Positions 35,018-46,475 of a stretch of 64,000 nt of DNA are shown here, one piece after another. The position numbers and the translations under genes are program-made. The DNA is from a bacterium (GTDB taxonomy: Bacteria; UBA8248). The stretch is taken from assembly GCA_965261085.1 (NCBI GenBank), contig OZ253442.1, positions 3,904,001 through 3,968,000 on the forward strand, written 5' to 3'. Every line of letters starts with the position of its first letter. Within the stretch, counting starts at the first letter, position 1. The notes below the pieces were generated by a model. That model did no database searches and was not told the DNA's origin. It saw only the letters and a program-made list of their open reading frames with translations.

Positions 35018-38000
35018 CTAACTCGGCGCCTCGCCGCTCTCAATCAACTCGACATCGAGAGCGAGACTCTGAAGCTCCTTCATCAGCACGTTGAAGGACT
35101 CGGGCAGACTCGCCTCCAGCAAGTTCTCTCCTTTCACGATGGACTCATAAATCCGCGTGCGGCCGGAGACGTCGTCGCTCTTCACCGTCAGTATCTCCTG
35201 CAGCGTCTTGGCGGCGCCGTAGGCCTCGAGCGCCCACACTTCCATCTCACCGAGGCGCTGTCCTCCGAACTGCGCCTTGCCGCCGAGAGGCTGCTGCGTC
35301 ACTAGAGAGTAGGGGCCCGTGGAGCGCGCGTGAATCTTGTCGTCCACGAGGTGGTGGAGTTTGAGCATGTAGATCATGCCCACCGTCACCTTCTGCTCGA
35401 AGGGCTGGCCGTTTTTGCCGTCATACAACTGGGTTTTCCCGTAAGGCGGCAACTTGGCCTCGTCCGTATAGCGGACGATGTCCTGCTCCGTCGCGCCGTC
35501 GAACACCGGCGTCGCGAAATGCTTGCCCAGCACCTTCGCGGCCCACCCCAGGTTCGTCTCCAGTATCTGGCCGACATTCATGCGCGAAGGCACGCCGAGG
35601 GGGTTGAGCACGATCTCAATGGGCGTGCCGTCGTCGAGATAGGGCATGTCCTCCTCGGGAACGATGATGGATACGACGCCCTTGTTGCCGTGGCGGCCCG
35701 CCATCTTGTCTCCCACCTGGAGCTTGCGCTTCATCGCCACGTAGACTTTCGCCATCTTGAGAACGCCGGGGGGAAGTTCGTCACCGCGCTGAAGCTTGGC
35801 TATCTTCTCCTGCAAAATGCTGTCGAGCAATTCCACCTGCTCGCTCGTGTGATCGGACATGGCCGTGATCTGCTCGAGCAGTTCCTTCTCGACGGGCAGG
35901 TTCAGGAGGTTGACGCCGCTGAAACTCGCGAGACCCTCCGCATTGAGTTCCTCCCCCTTGGCGAAGAAACTCTCGCTCGTTCTGGGGTGGACCACATCGT
36001 CGAGGGCGCGCTGCCCGATGAGCAGAGAGCGGATTCTCGCGTCGCCCTCTTCGAGCAGAATACGGATTTCATCCCCATAATCTTTCTCCAGCCTGTTGAT
36101 CTCCGCCTCCTCGAGCGCGAGCATACGGCTGTCCTTCGTCGCGCCTCGCCTGGAGAAGACGCGAACCTCCACGACCGTCCCCTCGATTCCCGGAGGCACC
36201 CTGAGCGAGGAATCGCGAACATCGCCCGCCTTCTCGCCAAAGATGGCCCGCAGGAGTTTCTCCTCGGGGCTTAGCTGTGTCTCTCCTTTGGGCGTGATGC
36301 GCCCGACGAGCACGTCTCCCGGGTTGACTCGCGCGCCCACGCGAACGATGCCACTCTCATCAAGGTCGCGGAGAGCTTCTTCGCTCTGATTCGGGATGTC
36401 GCGTGTAATCTCCTCGGGGCCCTGTTTCGTGTCGCGCGCCTCGATCTGGAACTCCTCAATGTGCAAGGAGGTGTAGATGTCTTCTTTCACCACCTTTTCG
36501 GAGATGACGATGGCGTCTTCAAAGTTGTAGCCGTTCCAGGGCATGAAGGCGACGAGCATGTTTCTGCCCAGAGCGAGTTCACCCTGGTCGGTGGAGAATC
36601 CATCCGCGATGATGTCGCCCTTCTTCACCTCCTGACCTACGTGTACGATGGGCTTTTGGTTGATGCAGGTGTTCTGGTTCGAGCGGCGATATTTCACCAG
36701 ATTGTGGATGTAGACGCCCTCCTCGGCCACGTTGCCGGCCTGCTCGGTCGCGCGAATCACGATTCTGGTCGCATCCACGCTTACCACCCGGCCATCGCAT
36801 TGCGCGATGACGACCGCGCCCGAGTCCCTCGCCGCGATCCCTTCCATGCCGGTGCCGACGTAGGGCGCCTCGGGCCGCAGCAGGGGAACCGCCTGGCGCT
36901 GCATGTTCGAACCCATGAGCGCGCGGTTCGCGTCGTCATTCTCCAGGAATGGAATCAGAGAGGTGGCCACGCTCACCAACTGCTTGGGCGAAACGTCCAT
37001 GTAGTCCACCTGCTCGCGGGGCACCATGATGAACTCACCGCTCGTCCTCGCCGAGACGAAATCGTTGACGAGGTTGCCCTTATCATCAACGGGCGCGTTC
37101 GCCTGGGCAATCTTGTACTTGTCTTCATCGATCGCCGAGAGCCATTCGACGGATTCGCCCACGCGACCGCTCACCACTTTGCGGCAGGGCGTCTCGATGA
37201 ATCCGTACAGGTTCACGCGCGCATACGTGGAAAGACTCGCAATCAGCCCGATGTTCGGGCCCTCGGGCGTCTCGATCGGGCATATGCGGCCGTAGTGGGT
37301 GGCATGGACGTCGCGCACCTCGAAACCGGCCCGATCGCGTGTCAACCCTCCGGGTCCCAGGGCCGAGAGCCTGCGCTTGTGGGTGATCTCCGAGAGGGGA
37401 TTCGTCTGGTCCATGAACTGGCTCAACTGGCTGGAACCGAAAAATTCCTTCACCGCCGCTGTTATCATCTTGGAGTTGACCAAATCGCGCACCAGAAGAT
37501 TGTCCATATCCTGGATGCTCAGTCGTTCGCGAATGGCGCGCTCCATGCGCACGAGACCGACGCGGAACTGGCTTTCGAGCAACTCGCCCACGGAGCGCAC
37601 GCGCCGGTTGCCAAGATGATCGATGTCGTCCACCGTGCCCTGGCCGTGGCGAAGCTCGATGATGTAGCGAACCGTGGCGATGACGTCGTTGAGCGTCAGG
37701 GTTCTCTGATCCAGCGGGAGGTTCAGGCCAAGCTTCGTGTTCAGCTTCAGCCGCCCGATGCGCGACAAATCGTATCGTTTCGAATTGAAGAAGAGATTCT
37801 CGAAAAGCAGCCGCGCCGTTTCCTTCGTCGGCGGATCACCCGGGCGCAGGCGCTTGTAGATTTCAACGAGAGCGTCTTCTTGCGTCTCGCATTTATCCGA
37901 CGTCAGGGTGTCGCGGATGGTCCTGTCCGCGCCGACGCCGGAAACGTAGAGAATCGCCAGCTTGGGGATTTTCTTATCGCGCAATGCGGCGAGAACCTCA

Positions 38001-39064
38001 GACGTGATCTCAAGGTTCGTATCGAAGAGCACCTCGCCGGTTTCGGGATCGGGCACCGGCTGGGCCAGAATCCCCCCGGCGACTTCCTCATCCTTGAGCT
38101 CTAAGATCTCCACACCCGCGGCCTGAAGCTTCCGAAGCACGGCGCGCGTGAATTTGCGCCCCGCTCGCAGAACGAGTTCGCCCGTCTCGGGGAGGACGAT
38201 ATCCTCGAAAATCCTCTGGTTCACCATGAGCTCGGAGAGTTTCTTGTAGTAGGCATCCCTCTTCTCGTCGTAGAAGAGTTCCTCGCTCTGGTAGAAGGAA
38301 TTGAGAATGTCGTCCTTGTCCAGGCCGAACGCGCGCAGCAGGATGGTGACGGGAAGCTTGCGGCGCCTGTCGATCCGGACGAAGAGCAGTTCCTTGCTGT
38401 CGAACTCGAAATCCAGCCAGCTTCCCCGGTAGGGTATGAGTCTGGCCGTGAAGGCCGATTTCGCGCTGGGCTTCGCCTTGTCCGCGCTGAAGAAAGCGCC
38501 GGGCGAGCGGTGCATCTGGCTGACGACGACGCGCTCCGTACCATTGATGATGAAGGTGCCGTTGTCCGTCATGAGGGGAATTTCCCCCAGATATACCTTT
38601 TGCTCCTTCACCTCGCGGACGCGGCGCTCCTTGGTATGCTCATCATGCTCATACACAGTGAGGCGCAGCATGACGCGCAGGGGCGCGACATAGGTCATCC
38701 CTCTCTGGCGGCATTCATCGGCCTCGTGTTTTTGCCGGCAGAAGACCTCCACCCCGTCATCGTCCTTCACGCCGGGGCTGCCCAGACCGGGGTATTCGTT
38801 GCCCTTCGACTCCCAGATGCCTATCTCATAACCCAGATATTCGAGCGTTACGTTCTCGGGCGCATCGGAGATGGGGAAGACGCTGCGAAACACGCCCTCG
38901 AGCCCCTCGTCCGTGCGACGCTCGGAGGATTTCGTTTCCCATTGGAGGAACCGCTCGTAGGAAGAAAGCTGAATGTCGATTAAATTCGGAATATCGATAA
39001 CCGCAGGTATTGAGGCGAAATCCTCACGAACCCGGCGGCCGCTCTTGCCATTTTTCACATTCAT
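35018..39064 (-). CDS. rpoB: RNA polymerase beta subunit
   Basis: [33 protein letters not shown]. Confidence 0.98.
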   Translation of the reverse strand: MNVKNGKSGRRVREDFASIPAVIDIPNLIDIQLSSYERFLQWETKSSERRTDEGLEGVFRSVFPISDAPENVTLEYLGYEIGIWESKGNEYPGLGSPGVKDDDGVEVFCRQKHEADECRQRGMTYVAPLRVMLRLTVYEHDEHTKERRVREVKEQKVYLGEIPLMTDNGTFIINGTERVVVSQMHRSPGAFFSADKAKPSAKSAFTARLIPYRGSWLDFEFDSKELLFVRIDRRRKLPVTILLRAFGLDKDDILNSFYQSEELFYDEKRDAYYKKLSELMVNQRIFEDIVLPETGELVLRAGRKFTRAVLRKLQAAGVEILELKDEEVAGGILAQPVPDPETGEVLFDTNLEITSEVLAALRDKKIPKLAILYVSGVGADRTIRDTLTSDKCETQEDALVEIYKRLRPGDPPTKETARLLFENLFFNSKRYDLSRIGRLKLNTKLGLNLPLDQRTLTLNDVIATVRYIIELRHGQGTVDDIDHLGNRRVRSVGELLESQFRVGLVRMERAIRERLSIQDMDNLLVRDLVNSKMITAAVKEFFGSSQLSQFMDQTNPLSEITHKRRLSALGPGGLTRDRAGFEVRDVHATHYGRICPIETPEGPNIGLIASLSTYARVNLYGFIETPCRKVVSGRVGESVEWLSAIDEDKYKIAQANAPVDDKGNLVNDFVSARTSGEFIMVPREQVDYMDVSPKQLVSVATSLIPFLENDDANRALMGSNMQRQAVPLLRPEAPYVGTGMEGIAARDSGAVVIAQCDGRVVSVDATRIVIRATEQAGNVAEEGVYIHNLVKYRRSNQNTCINQKPIVHVGQEVKKGDIIADGFSTDQGELALGRNMLVAFMPWNGYNFEDAIVISEKVVKEDIYTSLHIEEFQIEARDTKQGPEEITRDIPNQSEEALRDLDESGIVRVGARVNPGDVLVGRITPKGETQLSPEEKLLRAIFGEKAGDVRDSSLRVPPGIEGTVVEVRVFSRRGATKDSRMLALEEAEINRLEKDYGDEIRILLEEGDARIRSLLIGQRALDDVVHPRTSESFFAKGEELNAEGLASFSGVNLLNLPVEKELLEQITAMSDHTSEQVELLDSILQEKIAKLQRGDELPPGVLKMAKVYVAMKRKLQVGDKMAGRHGNKGVVSIIVPEEDMPYLDDGTPIEIVLNPLGVPSRMNVGQILETNLGWAAKVLGKHFATPVFDGATEQDIVRYTDEAKLPPYGKTQLYDGKNGQPFEQKVTVGMIYMLKLHHLVDDKIHARSTGPYSLVTQQPLGGKAQFGGQRLGEMEVWALEAYGAAKTLQEILTVKSDDVSGRTRIYESIVKGENLLEASLPESFNVLMKELQSLALDVELIESGEAPS

Positions 39065-39158
39065 GCTGGCTCACCTCAAGAAAGTAGGGGCGATACAAGT
39101 AAAGCGCCGAGCCCGCCTCGAACAGCAAGGAACAGGCCATTGGCATCCCGGGTGAGCC

Positions 39159-39542
39159 CTATGTGATTTCCACCTCCGCGCCAACCGCTTTGAGTTTATC
39201 GGCAGCAGCTTCGGCATCTGCCTTTGGAACCGCCTCCACGACGGCATGGGGTGCGCTTTCCACCAAGTCTTTCGCCTCCTTGAGACCAAGGCTGGTCAAC
39301 TCGCGGACGGTCTTGATGACCTTGATTTTTTCCGAACCATAGGCTTTGAGGGTGACGGTGAATTCGGTTTTCTCCTCCGCCGCTTCGCCCGCGTCGCCGC
39401 CGACCGCCATTCCCGCTCCCGCCATCATCATGGGCACGGCTGCAGTCACGCCGAACTTCTCCTCTAGCTCCTTGACGAATTTGCTCAACTCCATCACCGT
39501 CATGTTTTCAATGAAATCGATTACTTCTTCTTTGGTCGCCAC
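39159..39542 (-). CDS. rplL: 50S ribosomal protein L7/L12
   Basis: [26 protein letters not shown]; GTG start at 39542. Confidence 0.96.
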   Translation of the reverse strand: MATKEEVIDFIENMTVMELSKFVKELEEKFGVTAAVPMMMAGAGMAVGGDAGEAAEEKTEFTVTLKAYGSEKIKVIKTVRELTSLGLKEAKDLVESAPHAVVEAVPKADAEAAADKLKAVGAEVEIT

Positions 39543-39652
39543 AATTCGCCCTTTCCTCGCATTCGTAATAAACAATCGGCCAGGTCATGACCATTTTATT
39601 TTGGGAAATTTCGCTGTTTGCCCCCTTCTAAGGGCATACAGCTACATTACAC

Positions 39653-40213
39653 TTATTCTTTCTTTTTGGCAATGGCATCGACAACATTTATGAACTGGGA
39701 AATGACGCCGTTCAGAACTCTCGGCAGACCTGCCACGGGAGCTTGCAAGGCGGAGAGCAACATCGAGAGCAGCACCTCACGCGAGGGCAAGTCTGCAAGC
39801 GACTCCACCTCGGCGGTTTCGAGGAATCTGCCGTCCAGAACCCCGCCCTTGATCTCGCCGGCGGACTTTCCCTTCACGAAGTCCTTGAGTATCTTCGCGG
39901 GCGCCGCGGGGTCGCCGTCTGTCGTCACGATGGAAATCGGCCCGACGAGCCTTCCCCGCAACTCCTCGAAATCCGTGCCCTCCACCGCCCGTTCGGCGAG
40001 CGAATTCTTGACGACGGAGAGCCGAACGCCGGCCTCGCGCGTCTGTCGCCTCAGGGCCGTCATCTGCGAGACGCTCAGCCCGCGATAGTCGAACAACACC
40101 AAAGAGGTGCTCTCGTTGAAGCGATTCCGAAGCGCCTCTATCGCCTCGAGCTTATCGTCGCGGGGCGCTTTGCCCGTCGCCAGTCTCCCCTTCTCCACAA
40201 CTGCTGTCGCCAT
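39653..40213 (-). CDS. rplJ: 50S ribosomal protein L10
   Basis: DYRGL, VVKNSL, LADLPSRE.LL. Confidence 0.96.
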   Translation of the reverse strand: MATAVVEKGRLATGKAPRDDKLEAIEALRNRFNESTSLVLFDYRGLSVSQMTALRRQTREAGVRLSVVKNSLAERAVEGTDFEELRGRLVGPISIVTTDGDPAAPAKILKDFVKGKSAGEIKGGVLDGRFLETAEVESLADLPSREVLLSMLLSALQAPVAGLPRVLNGVISQFINVVDAIAKKKE

Positions 40214-40225
40214 TTCAGGGCCTCC

Positions 40226-40930
40226 TTATTTCAATGCCGCGAGAAGAGACTGGTGGTCTACCCGCACACCGGGCCCCATCGTGCTGGAAATGGTGAGGCC
40301 CTTGAAGTATACTCCTTTGCTCGCTGCCGGCTTCGAGCGAACGAGCGCATCCACGACTGCCGAGACGTTCTCGGAGAGCGCTTTTGCCTCAAAACTCACC
40401 TTACCGACAGGGGTGTGAATAATACCCGCCTTGTCCACGCGGTATTCCACCTTGCCCGCCTTGATCTCCCGAACCATGCGGCCCACGTCGAAGGATACGG
40501 TGCCGGACTTCGGGTTGGGCATCATGCCGCGAGGCCCGAGCAGCCGACCGAGTTTGCCCACGACGCTCATGACGTCGGGCGTCGCCACCACGCGATCGAA
40601 ATCCATCCAGCCGCCCTGAATCTTCTCGGCCAAATCATCCGCTCCCACGTACTCGGCGCCCGCCTCCTTCGCCTCGGCCACCTTCTCGCCCTTGGCGAAC
40701 GCGACGACGCGCTCTTCCTTGCCGATGCCGTTGGGCAGAACGACGCTTCCCCTCACCATCTGCTCCGCATGACGAGGATCCACCCCGAGCTTGGCGCTGA
40801 TCTCGACGGTCTCGTCGAATTTCGCCGACGACGTCTCCTTGACCAAATCCACGGCCTCGGAGAGTTCATGCAGTTTCTCCCGCTCGATTCGTTCGCGGGC
40901 ATCCCGATAATTCTTGCCGCGTTTGGGCAT
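40226..40930 (-). CDS. rplA: 50S ribosomal protein L1
   Basis: [27 protein letters not shown]. Confidence 0.98.
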   Translation of the reverse strand: MPKRGKNYRDARERIEREKLHELSEAVDLVKETSSAKFDETVEISAKLGVDPRHAEQMVRGSVVLPNGIGKEERVVAFAKGEKVAEAKEAGAEYVGADDLAEKIQGGWMDFDRVVATPDVMSVVGKLGRLLGPRGMMPNPKSGTVSFDVGRMVREIKAGKVEYRVDKAGIIHTPVGKVSFEAKALSENVSAVVDALVRSKPAASKGVYFKGLTISSTMGPGVRVDHQSLLAALK

Positions 40931-40947
40931 TTTTTAACCTCCTCCAT

Positions 40948-40984
40948 CGTGGTTCGAACGACGCCCGACCCGGACGCCTCCCAC
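40948..40984 (-). promoter_or_regulatory. Probable L1-binding autoregulatory RNA element
   Basis: Minus strand GTGGGAG...ACCAC directly upstream of the rplA RBS, resembling the L1-binding helix. Confidence 0.5.
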
Positions 40985-41001
40985 CTTGGTTCAATAAAAA
41001 A

Positions 41002-41427
41002 CTATCCGCTGACCTCGATTCCCATGCTGCGGGCCGTACCCTCGATGATCTTGACGGCTCCGTCGAGGTCTGCGCTGTTCAAATCCTCTTTCTTGATCTC
41101 CGCTATCTCCTCGAGCTGTTTGCGCGTCACGCTGCCCACGCCCTCGCGCCCGGGTTCGGAGGATCCTTTCGCCAGGGCGGCTGCCTGCTTCAGGAGAGCG
41201 GAGGCGGGAGGACTCTTCATGATGAACGTGAAACTCTTGTCCGCGTACACCGATATCACGACCGGTATGATCGTGCCCTCCTTGCCCTGGGTCTGCGCGT
41301 TGAAGGCCTTGCAGAATTCCATGATGTTCACGCCCTGCTGGCCGAGCGCAGGCCCGACGGGCGGGGCGGGATTCGCCTGCCCGGCCGGTATTTGAAGTTT
41401 GATCATGCCAACCGCTTCTTTCGCCAT
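41002..41427 (-). CDS. rplK: 50S ribosomal protein L11
   Basis: [30 protein letters not shown]. Confidence 0.98.
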   Translation of the reverse strand: MAKEAVGMIKLQIPAGQANPAPPVGPALGQQGVNIMEFCKAFNAQTQGKEGTIIPVVISVYADKSFTFIMKSPPASALLKQAAALAKGSSEPGREGVGSVTRKQLEEIAEIKKEDLNSADLDGAVKIIEGTARSMGIEVSG

Positions 41428-41550
41428 TTTACCCTCTCGGAGCAACCAAAGCCTGAATCTTCGCCCGGGCCTTGCCTCTCTCTATCTTCCCAGACGCCAC
41501 GAACACTGCGCGATGGCGCGGAGCCTCGCCTCCAGTGAACCTTTTCTCCC

Positions 41551-42078
41551 CTACACCTTCTCCACCTGGAGCATCTCCAGTTCCACGGGCGTCGCACGGC
41601 CGAAAATGCTGACCATGACCTTGAGCTTTCCTCTATCGGGGTGAACCTCGTCGATCTCGCCGGTGAAGTTCACGAAGGGCCCGTCTATCACCCGGATGTT
41701 CTCGCCTTTTTCGAAATCAATCTTGGGCTTGGGCTTCTCAGCCTCTCCACTTATCTGCTTCAGAATGTTTTCCATCTCGGCTTCGGAGAGAGGGCTCGGA
41801 GACGTTCCGCCCAGAAAACCCGTCACCTTCGGCGTGTTCTTGACGACATACCAAGTGTCCTCGTCGCACTCCATGCGGATCAGGATGTAGCCGGGGAAGA
41901 ATTTTCTAGAACTCGTCCCCCTCTTCCCGCCCTTTACCTTCACCACCAGTTCGGTGGGAACCACGATTTCGCCGAGTTTCTCCTCGTAAGTCTCCCCGCG
42001 AAACTGCTCTTCGATCGAACGCTTCACCTTGTTTTCAAAACCCGAGTAGGTGTGCACTACATACCAATTCATGGACAT
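41551..42078 (-). CDS. nusG: Transcription factor NusG
   Basis: WYVVHTYSGFE, FFPGY, IFGRATPVEL; start moved to 42078. Confidence 0.97.
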   Translation of the reverse strand: MSMNWYVVHTYSGFENKVKRSIEEQFRGETYEEKLGEIVVPTELVVKVKGGKRGTSSRKFFPGYILIRMECDEDTWYVVKNTPKVTGFLGGTSPSPLSEAEMENILKQISGEAEKPKPKIDFEKGENIRVIDGPFVNFTGEIDEVHPDRGKLKVMVSIFGRATPVELEMLQVEKV

Positions 42079-42092
42079 GCCGAAATCCTGGT

Positions 42093-42308
42093 TTAGAAGC
42101 CGAAATTGAGGAAATAGCTGACAGCCCGGGACAGCGCCAAATCGACGATACCCAGATATATCGCAATGATGAATACAAACACGAGAGCGACGGCGGTTTG
42201 AGACGCAGTCTGACGCATATCCAGCCACGTCACGCGCTTCGCTTCGCTCTGCACGTCGCGCAGAAAGCCGCGCCCCTGATGAATCCAGCCTACTACCTTA
42301 TTAGTCAT
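42093..42308 (-). CDS. secE: Preprotein translocase SecE
   Basis: E.KRVTW motif plus one TM helix; lies between tRNA-Trp and nusG. Confidence 0.92.
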   Translation of the reverse strand: MTNKVVGWIHQGRGFLRDVQSEAKRVTWLDMRQTASQTAVALVFVFIIAIYLGIVDLALSRAVSYFLNFGF

Positions 42309-42368
42309 CCATCCGCTCTCCGCAGCCGCTCCAGATGTTTTCGAACCAAGGTCCGGCCCCCGGGTTCA

Positions 42369-42444
42369 TGGCAGGCCAGGAGGGACTCGAACCCCCAACC
42401 GCCGGATTTGGAGTCCGGTGCTCTACCAATTGAGCCACTGGCCT
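42369..42444 (-). tRNA. tRNA-Trp(CCA)
   Basis: 76-nt cloverleaf AGGCCAG...CTCCAAA...GGTTCGAGTCC...CCA. Confidence 0.96.
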
Positions 42445-42482
42445 CTGAAAACCTTTATCCTGAAACGACCGCTTTATCCGCT

Positions 42483-43661
42483 CTACTCGACGACCTCTGT
42501 GACGACACCGGCCCCCACCGTGCGGCCGCCCTCGCGTATCGCAAATCGCAACTCGCGCTCCATCGCTATCGGCGTGATCAACTCCACATCCAGCGCAACG
42601 TTGTCCCCGGGCATCACCATCTCACGTCCCTCCGGCAGCGTCACCAAACCCGTCACGTCCGTCGTACGAAAATAAAACTGCGGCCGGTACCCGTTGAAAA
42701 ACGGCGTGTGCCGACCACCCTCTTCTTTCGTCAGTATGTACACCTCGCCCTTGAACTTCATGTGCGGCAGTATCGAGGCCGGCTGCGCCAGTACCTGCCC
42801 GCGCTCTATCTCGTCTTTTTTCACACCCCGAAGCAAGACCCCCACGTTGTCACCCGCCTGGCCCTGGTCCAGAAGTTTCCGGAACATCTCAACCCCCGTC
42901 GCCACCGTCTTGCGAGTGTCCGTGATGCCCACTATCTCCACCTCGTCCCCCACGTTCACGATCCCCCGCTCCACCCGGCCCGTCGCCACCGTGCCACGGC
43001 CCGAAATCGAGAACACGTCCTCCACAGGCATCAGGAACGGCTTGTCCACGTCCCGTAGCGGCTCGGGGATATAACTGTCCACCGCATCCATCAGAGCGTC
43101 TATCGAGGATGAGTCCGTCCCCTCCAAGGCCCGCAGCGCGGAACCCGGAACCACCGGTAGGTCGTCGCCCGGGAACTCATAGGTCGAGAGAAGCTCGCGC
43201 ACTTCCAGTTCCACCAACTCCAAAAGCTCCTCATCGTCCACCATGTCCACCTTGTTCAGAAAAACACAGATGTAGGGAACTCCCACCTGACGAGCCAGCA
43301 AGATGTGCTCGCGCGTCTGCGGCATCGGCCCGTCCGCCGCCGATACCACCAGTATCGCCCCGTCCATCTGGGCAGCGCCCGTTATCATGTTCTTCACGTA
43401 GTCCGCATGGCCCGGACAGTCCACGTGCGCGTAGTGGCGCTTCTCCGTCTCGTACTCCACGTGCGCCGTCGCTATCGTGATGCCACGCTCGCGCTCCTCC
43501 GGCGCCTTGTCGATCTCGTCGAACCCGATCTCCTCCGCCATCCCCTTCTGCGCCAGATGCTTCGTGATCGCCGCCGTCAACGTCGTCTTCCCATGGTCCA
43601 CGTGTCCTATCGTCCCTACGTTCACGTGCGGCTTCGTGCGTACAAACTTCGCCTTCGCCAT
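42483..43661 (-). CDS. tuf: Elongation factor Tu (tRNA-operon copy)
   Basis: Protein identical to 26260-27438. Confidence 0.99.
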   Translation of the reverse strand: MAKAKFVRTKPHVNVGTIGHVDHGKTTLTAAITKHLAQKGMAEEIGFDEIDKAPEERERGITIATAHVEYETEKRHYAHVDCPGHADYVKNMITGAAQMDGAILVVSAADGPMPQTREHILLARQVGVPYICVFLNKVDMVDDEELLELVELEVRELLSTYEFPGDDLPVVPGSALRALEGTDSSSIDALMDAVDSYIPEPLRDVDKPFLMPVEDVFSISGRGTVATGRVERGIVNVGDEVEIVGITDTRKTVATGVEMFRKLLDQGQAGDNVGVLLRGVKKDEIERGQVLAQPASILPHMKFKGEVYILTKEEGGRHTPFFNGYRPQFYFRTTDVTGLVTLPEGREMVMPGDNVALDVELITPIAMERELRFAIREGGRTVGAGVVTEVVE

Positions 43662-43710
43662 GGCTTACCTTCTCCTTCTGATGAAAATTTCAAAAATTAT
43701 ATCTTTCGGG

Positions 43711-43737
43711 GGAGAGGAACCACTTCCTCTCTTTTTT
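43711..43737 (+). terminator. Terminator-like hairpin oriented antisense to the tRNA-tuf operon
   Basis: GAGAGGAA-CCAC-TTCCTCTC followed by T6. Confidence 0.4.
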
Positions 43738-43890
43738 GTCGTTCCCGAAAAATGCGCCTTTATACCCGCTCGACCGAAATCTTGTCTATAGCCAAAGGGG
43801 ATAATTGCGAACCCGAGAAATTCCAAGGCGTTTCGCGCAATTTACAGGATAATGCACGAATCTCGAAATTTCAATGAATTCCGCCTGCCC

Positions 43891-43966
43891 TGGAGCCCAC
43901 GACCGGACTTGAACCGGTGACCTCTTCCTTACCAAGGAAGTGCTCTGCCGGCTGAGCTACGTGGGC
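43891..43966 (-). tRNA. tRNA-Thr(GGT)
   Basis: 76-nt cloverleaf, anticodon loop TTGGTAA, encoded CCA. Confidence 0.96.
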
Positions 43967-44146
43967 TGGCTGAGTCACGGTCGTACGAATACCATTTGTT
44001 TCAGCCAGAGCAACCTCAGCGAACGATGAGCCCGGACATTCGTATCGGGCGGATAATACAGCTTATTTCGGCAAGAGCAACCCCGCGAGCCGAAATCCAC
44101 ACGAATGAAATCCATATCAAGAAAGGGCAAAAGCCTCGAATCATCC

Positions 44147-44222
44147 TGGAGCGGGAAACGGGGCTCGAACCCGCGACCCTCAGCTTGGAAGGCTGATGCT
44201 CTACCAATTGAGCTATTCCCGC
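44147..44222 (-). tRNA. tRNA-Gly(TCC)
   Basis: 76-nt cloverleaf, anticodon TCC, encoded CCA. Confidence 0.96.
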
Positions 44223-44268
44223 CTCTGAGTCCAAAGCGCCTGTCTTCGTCATCCGGGCGATTATCTTT

Positions 44269-44353
44269 TGGTGGGGAGGGGAGGATTCGAACCTCCGAAG
44301 GCTGAGCCGTCAGATTTACAGTCTGATCCCTTTGGCCACTCGGGAACCTCCCC
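44269..44353 (-). tRNA. tRNA-Tyr(GTA)
   Basis: 85 nt with long variable arm, anticodon loop CTGTAAA, encoded CCA. Confidence 0.96.
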
Positions 44354-44512
44354 GAAAACCGCCGTTCACCAAAAACTATTAAAAAAACCTTACAGAAACC
44401 ATCAATTCCCTGAACCCGCCGTATCCGCCGAATCCCGGACGGAGAAAACGGGAAACCCGGCGACCCTCCAGCCGGGTTCTCTCCAGCGAAGCTCGGGAGG
44501 CGCGTCCCGCCG

Positions 44513-44588
44513 TGGAGCTGGCGAGAGGACTCGAACCTCCGACCTGCTGATTACAAATCAGCTGCTCTACCAGCTGAGCTACGCCAGC
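44513..44588 (-). tRNA. tRNA-Thr(TGT)
   Basis: 76-nt cloverleaf, anticodon loop TTTGTAA, encoded CCA. Confidence 0.96.
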
Positions 44589-44603
44589 CAACAAAGGCGG
44601 GTT

Positions 44604-44632
44604 AAATTAGGCCCCCCGGCGCACCTTGTCAA
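44604..44632 (-). promoter_or_regulatory. Sigma70 promoter of the tRNA-tuf operon
   Basis: TTGACA-N17-TAATTT, then a GC-rich discriminator, 15 bp before tRNA-Thr. Confidence 0.75.
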
Positions 44633-44713
44633 CCCCCTTTATCACCTTTGAAGGGGGGAAAAGCAAGAAGCGCGCGCGAGTTTGCGATCCGCAGCAAGAA
44701 CCGCCATGTCGTC

Positions 44714-45577
44714 TCATACCAGTGAAACAATTTTATGTTTAATACCCAGCTTTTTAGCGAGCGCTTTCAAATCGCCATCAAGTGCCGTTTCAGTAACAAG
44801 CCATGAATCGACGGGCAGGCAGTCGTCTTGAGCCAAAAGAACGGCTCTGTATTTGACGCACTGATAAACTCCACGGCAAAGATCAGCCTCATTCGATTTC
44901 CTAGATTTGACTTCTATAGCCACAGTTTTTCTTTCGCCGTAGAGTACGACATCGACGCGGTCGCCCGACAGGAGTTCGACTTCCGTCAGAGAACTGAAGC
45001 TGTGAAATTCTTTATCGATCTGTTCCGGATTCTCTTTCACCCATAATCGCAGAGTTTTGTGGTTTTCGCCTTCACCCCCGCGCCCACGTCGCAACCCGCT
45101 CTTTTCTGCCTCTTCAGCGTAGAATAGAGTGGGTTCATAAGCCCTTCCGTAGACATTTTGATAGAGGCGTTCCCAATGAGAATAAGCATAAACCTCTTCG
45201 GTCGCCTCATTAACTACACGCTCCCAAAGATGGTTTTTATGGGCATCTTTCCCCCTCAGCCAACGTCTGTTGGGGAAGTGCTTGGAAAGCTGTATTTGCG
45301 CACCGCTGCCCGGTTTTCTCGTGTCTTTTCGAACAAGAAGCACGTTGAGCACAGGTACTGAAAGGTTTTGTTTGCGGATATTTTCCTGCGCAGCCTCCGC
45401 TATGGGTCCTATCCTTGATGCTCGGCCAATACTGCCAAAACCACATTCTATCTCTAACCGGTCTTTTGCTTCGCCGTAGATGAGTGTCCTTCTGTTGTTT
45501 GCTGCAGAAATCAACCAGCGAGTAAGAGGCTCAGTAGCGGCTCGGCTTGTCAGGTTTAAGTCAGTTGGTTCAATCAT
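44714..45577 (-). CDS. Putative PD-(D/E)xK endonuclease with uncharacterised N-terminal domain
   Basis: C-terminal E..H..L, GDRVDV...AIEVKS, RG.YQC.KY pattern; visibly AT-richer than its neighbours. Confidence 0.7.
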   Translation of the reverse strand: MIEPTDLNLTSRAATEPLTRWLISAANNRRTLIYGEAKDRLEIECGFGSIGRASRIGPIAEAAQENIRKQNLSVPVLNVLLVRKDTRKPGSGAQIQLSKHFPNRRWLRGKDAHKNHLWERVVNEATEEVYAYSHWERLYQNVYGRAYEPTLFYAEEAEKSGLRRGRGGEGENHKTLRLWVKENPEQIDKEFHSFSSLTEVELLSGDRVDVVLYGERKTVAIEVKSRKSNEADLCRGVYQCVKYRAVLLAQDDCLPVDSWLVTETALDGDLKALAKKLGIKHKIVSLV

Positions 45578-46341
45578 TCATCCGACTCTTCAAACGATTC
45601 CCCAGCGCGATTCGAGCGCATCCCGTGGAGCAGGATCGCCGCGGCGACAGAGGCGTTCAGGGAGGACACCACGCCCCCCTCGATGGGGATGCGCACGCGC
45701 GCGTCGCAATTCTTGCGCACCAGCGGCCGCACGCCCTTGCCCTCCGCTCCGATAACCAGCCCGCAAGGCCAGGGGAGTTCATCGACGCCCAAGACTTTCT
45801 CGCCGTGCGCGTCGGCAGCCAGCACCCAGTAGCCCGCCTCCTTGAGCGCAGAGACGGCCCGGACCAGATTCGTCACCCGCGCGAGCGGTACGACCTCCAA
45901 AGCGCCGGCTGCCGCCTTGGCCGCAACGGGCGTGAGGCCCACGGCGTTATCCTTCGGCCAGACGACGCCTCCCGCTCCCAGAGCCGCAGCACTCCTCAAT
46001 ATGGCGCCGAAATTTCTCGGGTCCTGCACCCCGTCGAGCAGCAGAATCGGAGGAGCCGCCGCCGGTTGCGCTTCTATGAGGTCTTCCAGCGCAAGAAGGG
46101 GTGTGGGCGAGACCTCCGCAACCAGGTTTTGATGCTGCGCGGTGGCGGCCTTTTTCGTGAGTTGTTTGAGATCGAGCGCTTCGATAGGAATACGCCGCGA
46201 TTCGGCGAGCCGCACCGCCTCGGCGGCCCTGCGGCTATGGCGTCCATCGGCAAAGAACAGCCGCTTCACCCGCTCGGGTCCGCGCTCCAGGGCCGCCAGC
46301 ACGCTGTGCGCGCCGCAGACGTATTCGGGCCCGGGCCTCAA
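45574..46341 (-). CDS. rlmB: 23S rRNA 2'-O-methyltransferase (TrmH/SpoU family)
   Basis: LDGVQDPRNFGAILRSA, IGAEGKG, SLNASVAA. Confidence 0.9.
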   Translation of the reverse strand: MRPGPEYVCGAHSVLAALERGPERVKRLFFADGRHSRRAAEAVRLAESRRIPIEALDLKQLTKKAATAQHQNLVAEVSPTPLLALEDLIEAQPAAAPPILLLDGVQDPRNFGAILRSAAALGAGGVVWPKDNAVGLTPVAAKAAAGALEVVPLARVTNLVRAVSALKEAGYWVLAADAHGEKVLGVDELPWPCGLVIGAEGKGVRPLVRKNCDARVRIPIEGGVVSSLNASVAAAILLHGMRSNRAGESFEESDE

Positions 46342-46475
46342 TTTTGCACTCTTCTACTCGGTGGAATGAGATGGATCATGCGGCGTTCCCTCCGGCCTCG
46401 GGCCATCTTGGCGCATCATCGAACTCTTGCTGATGGGCAAACCAAGGCATCGGGCCTCGCCCAACGCGGACATCA

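Noticed and set aside
43967-44146. Separate ncRNA in the long tRNA spacer (two hairpins, AGAGCAACC twice)
   Set aside because: Not a cloverleaf and no recognisable family; compatible with a processing spacer.
44513-45577. tRNA-integrated island carrying the nuclease gene
   Set aside because: The gene lies upstream of the tRNA promoter; no duplicated tRNA 3' end or integrase is present.
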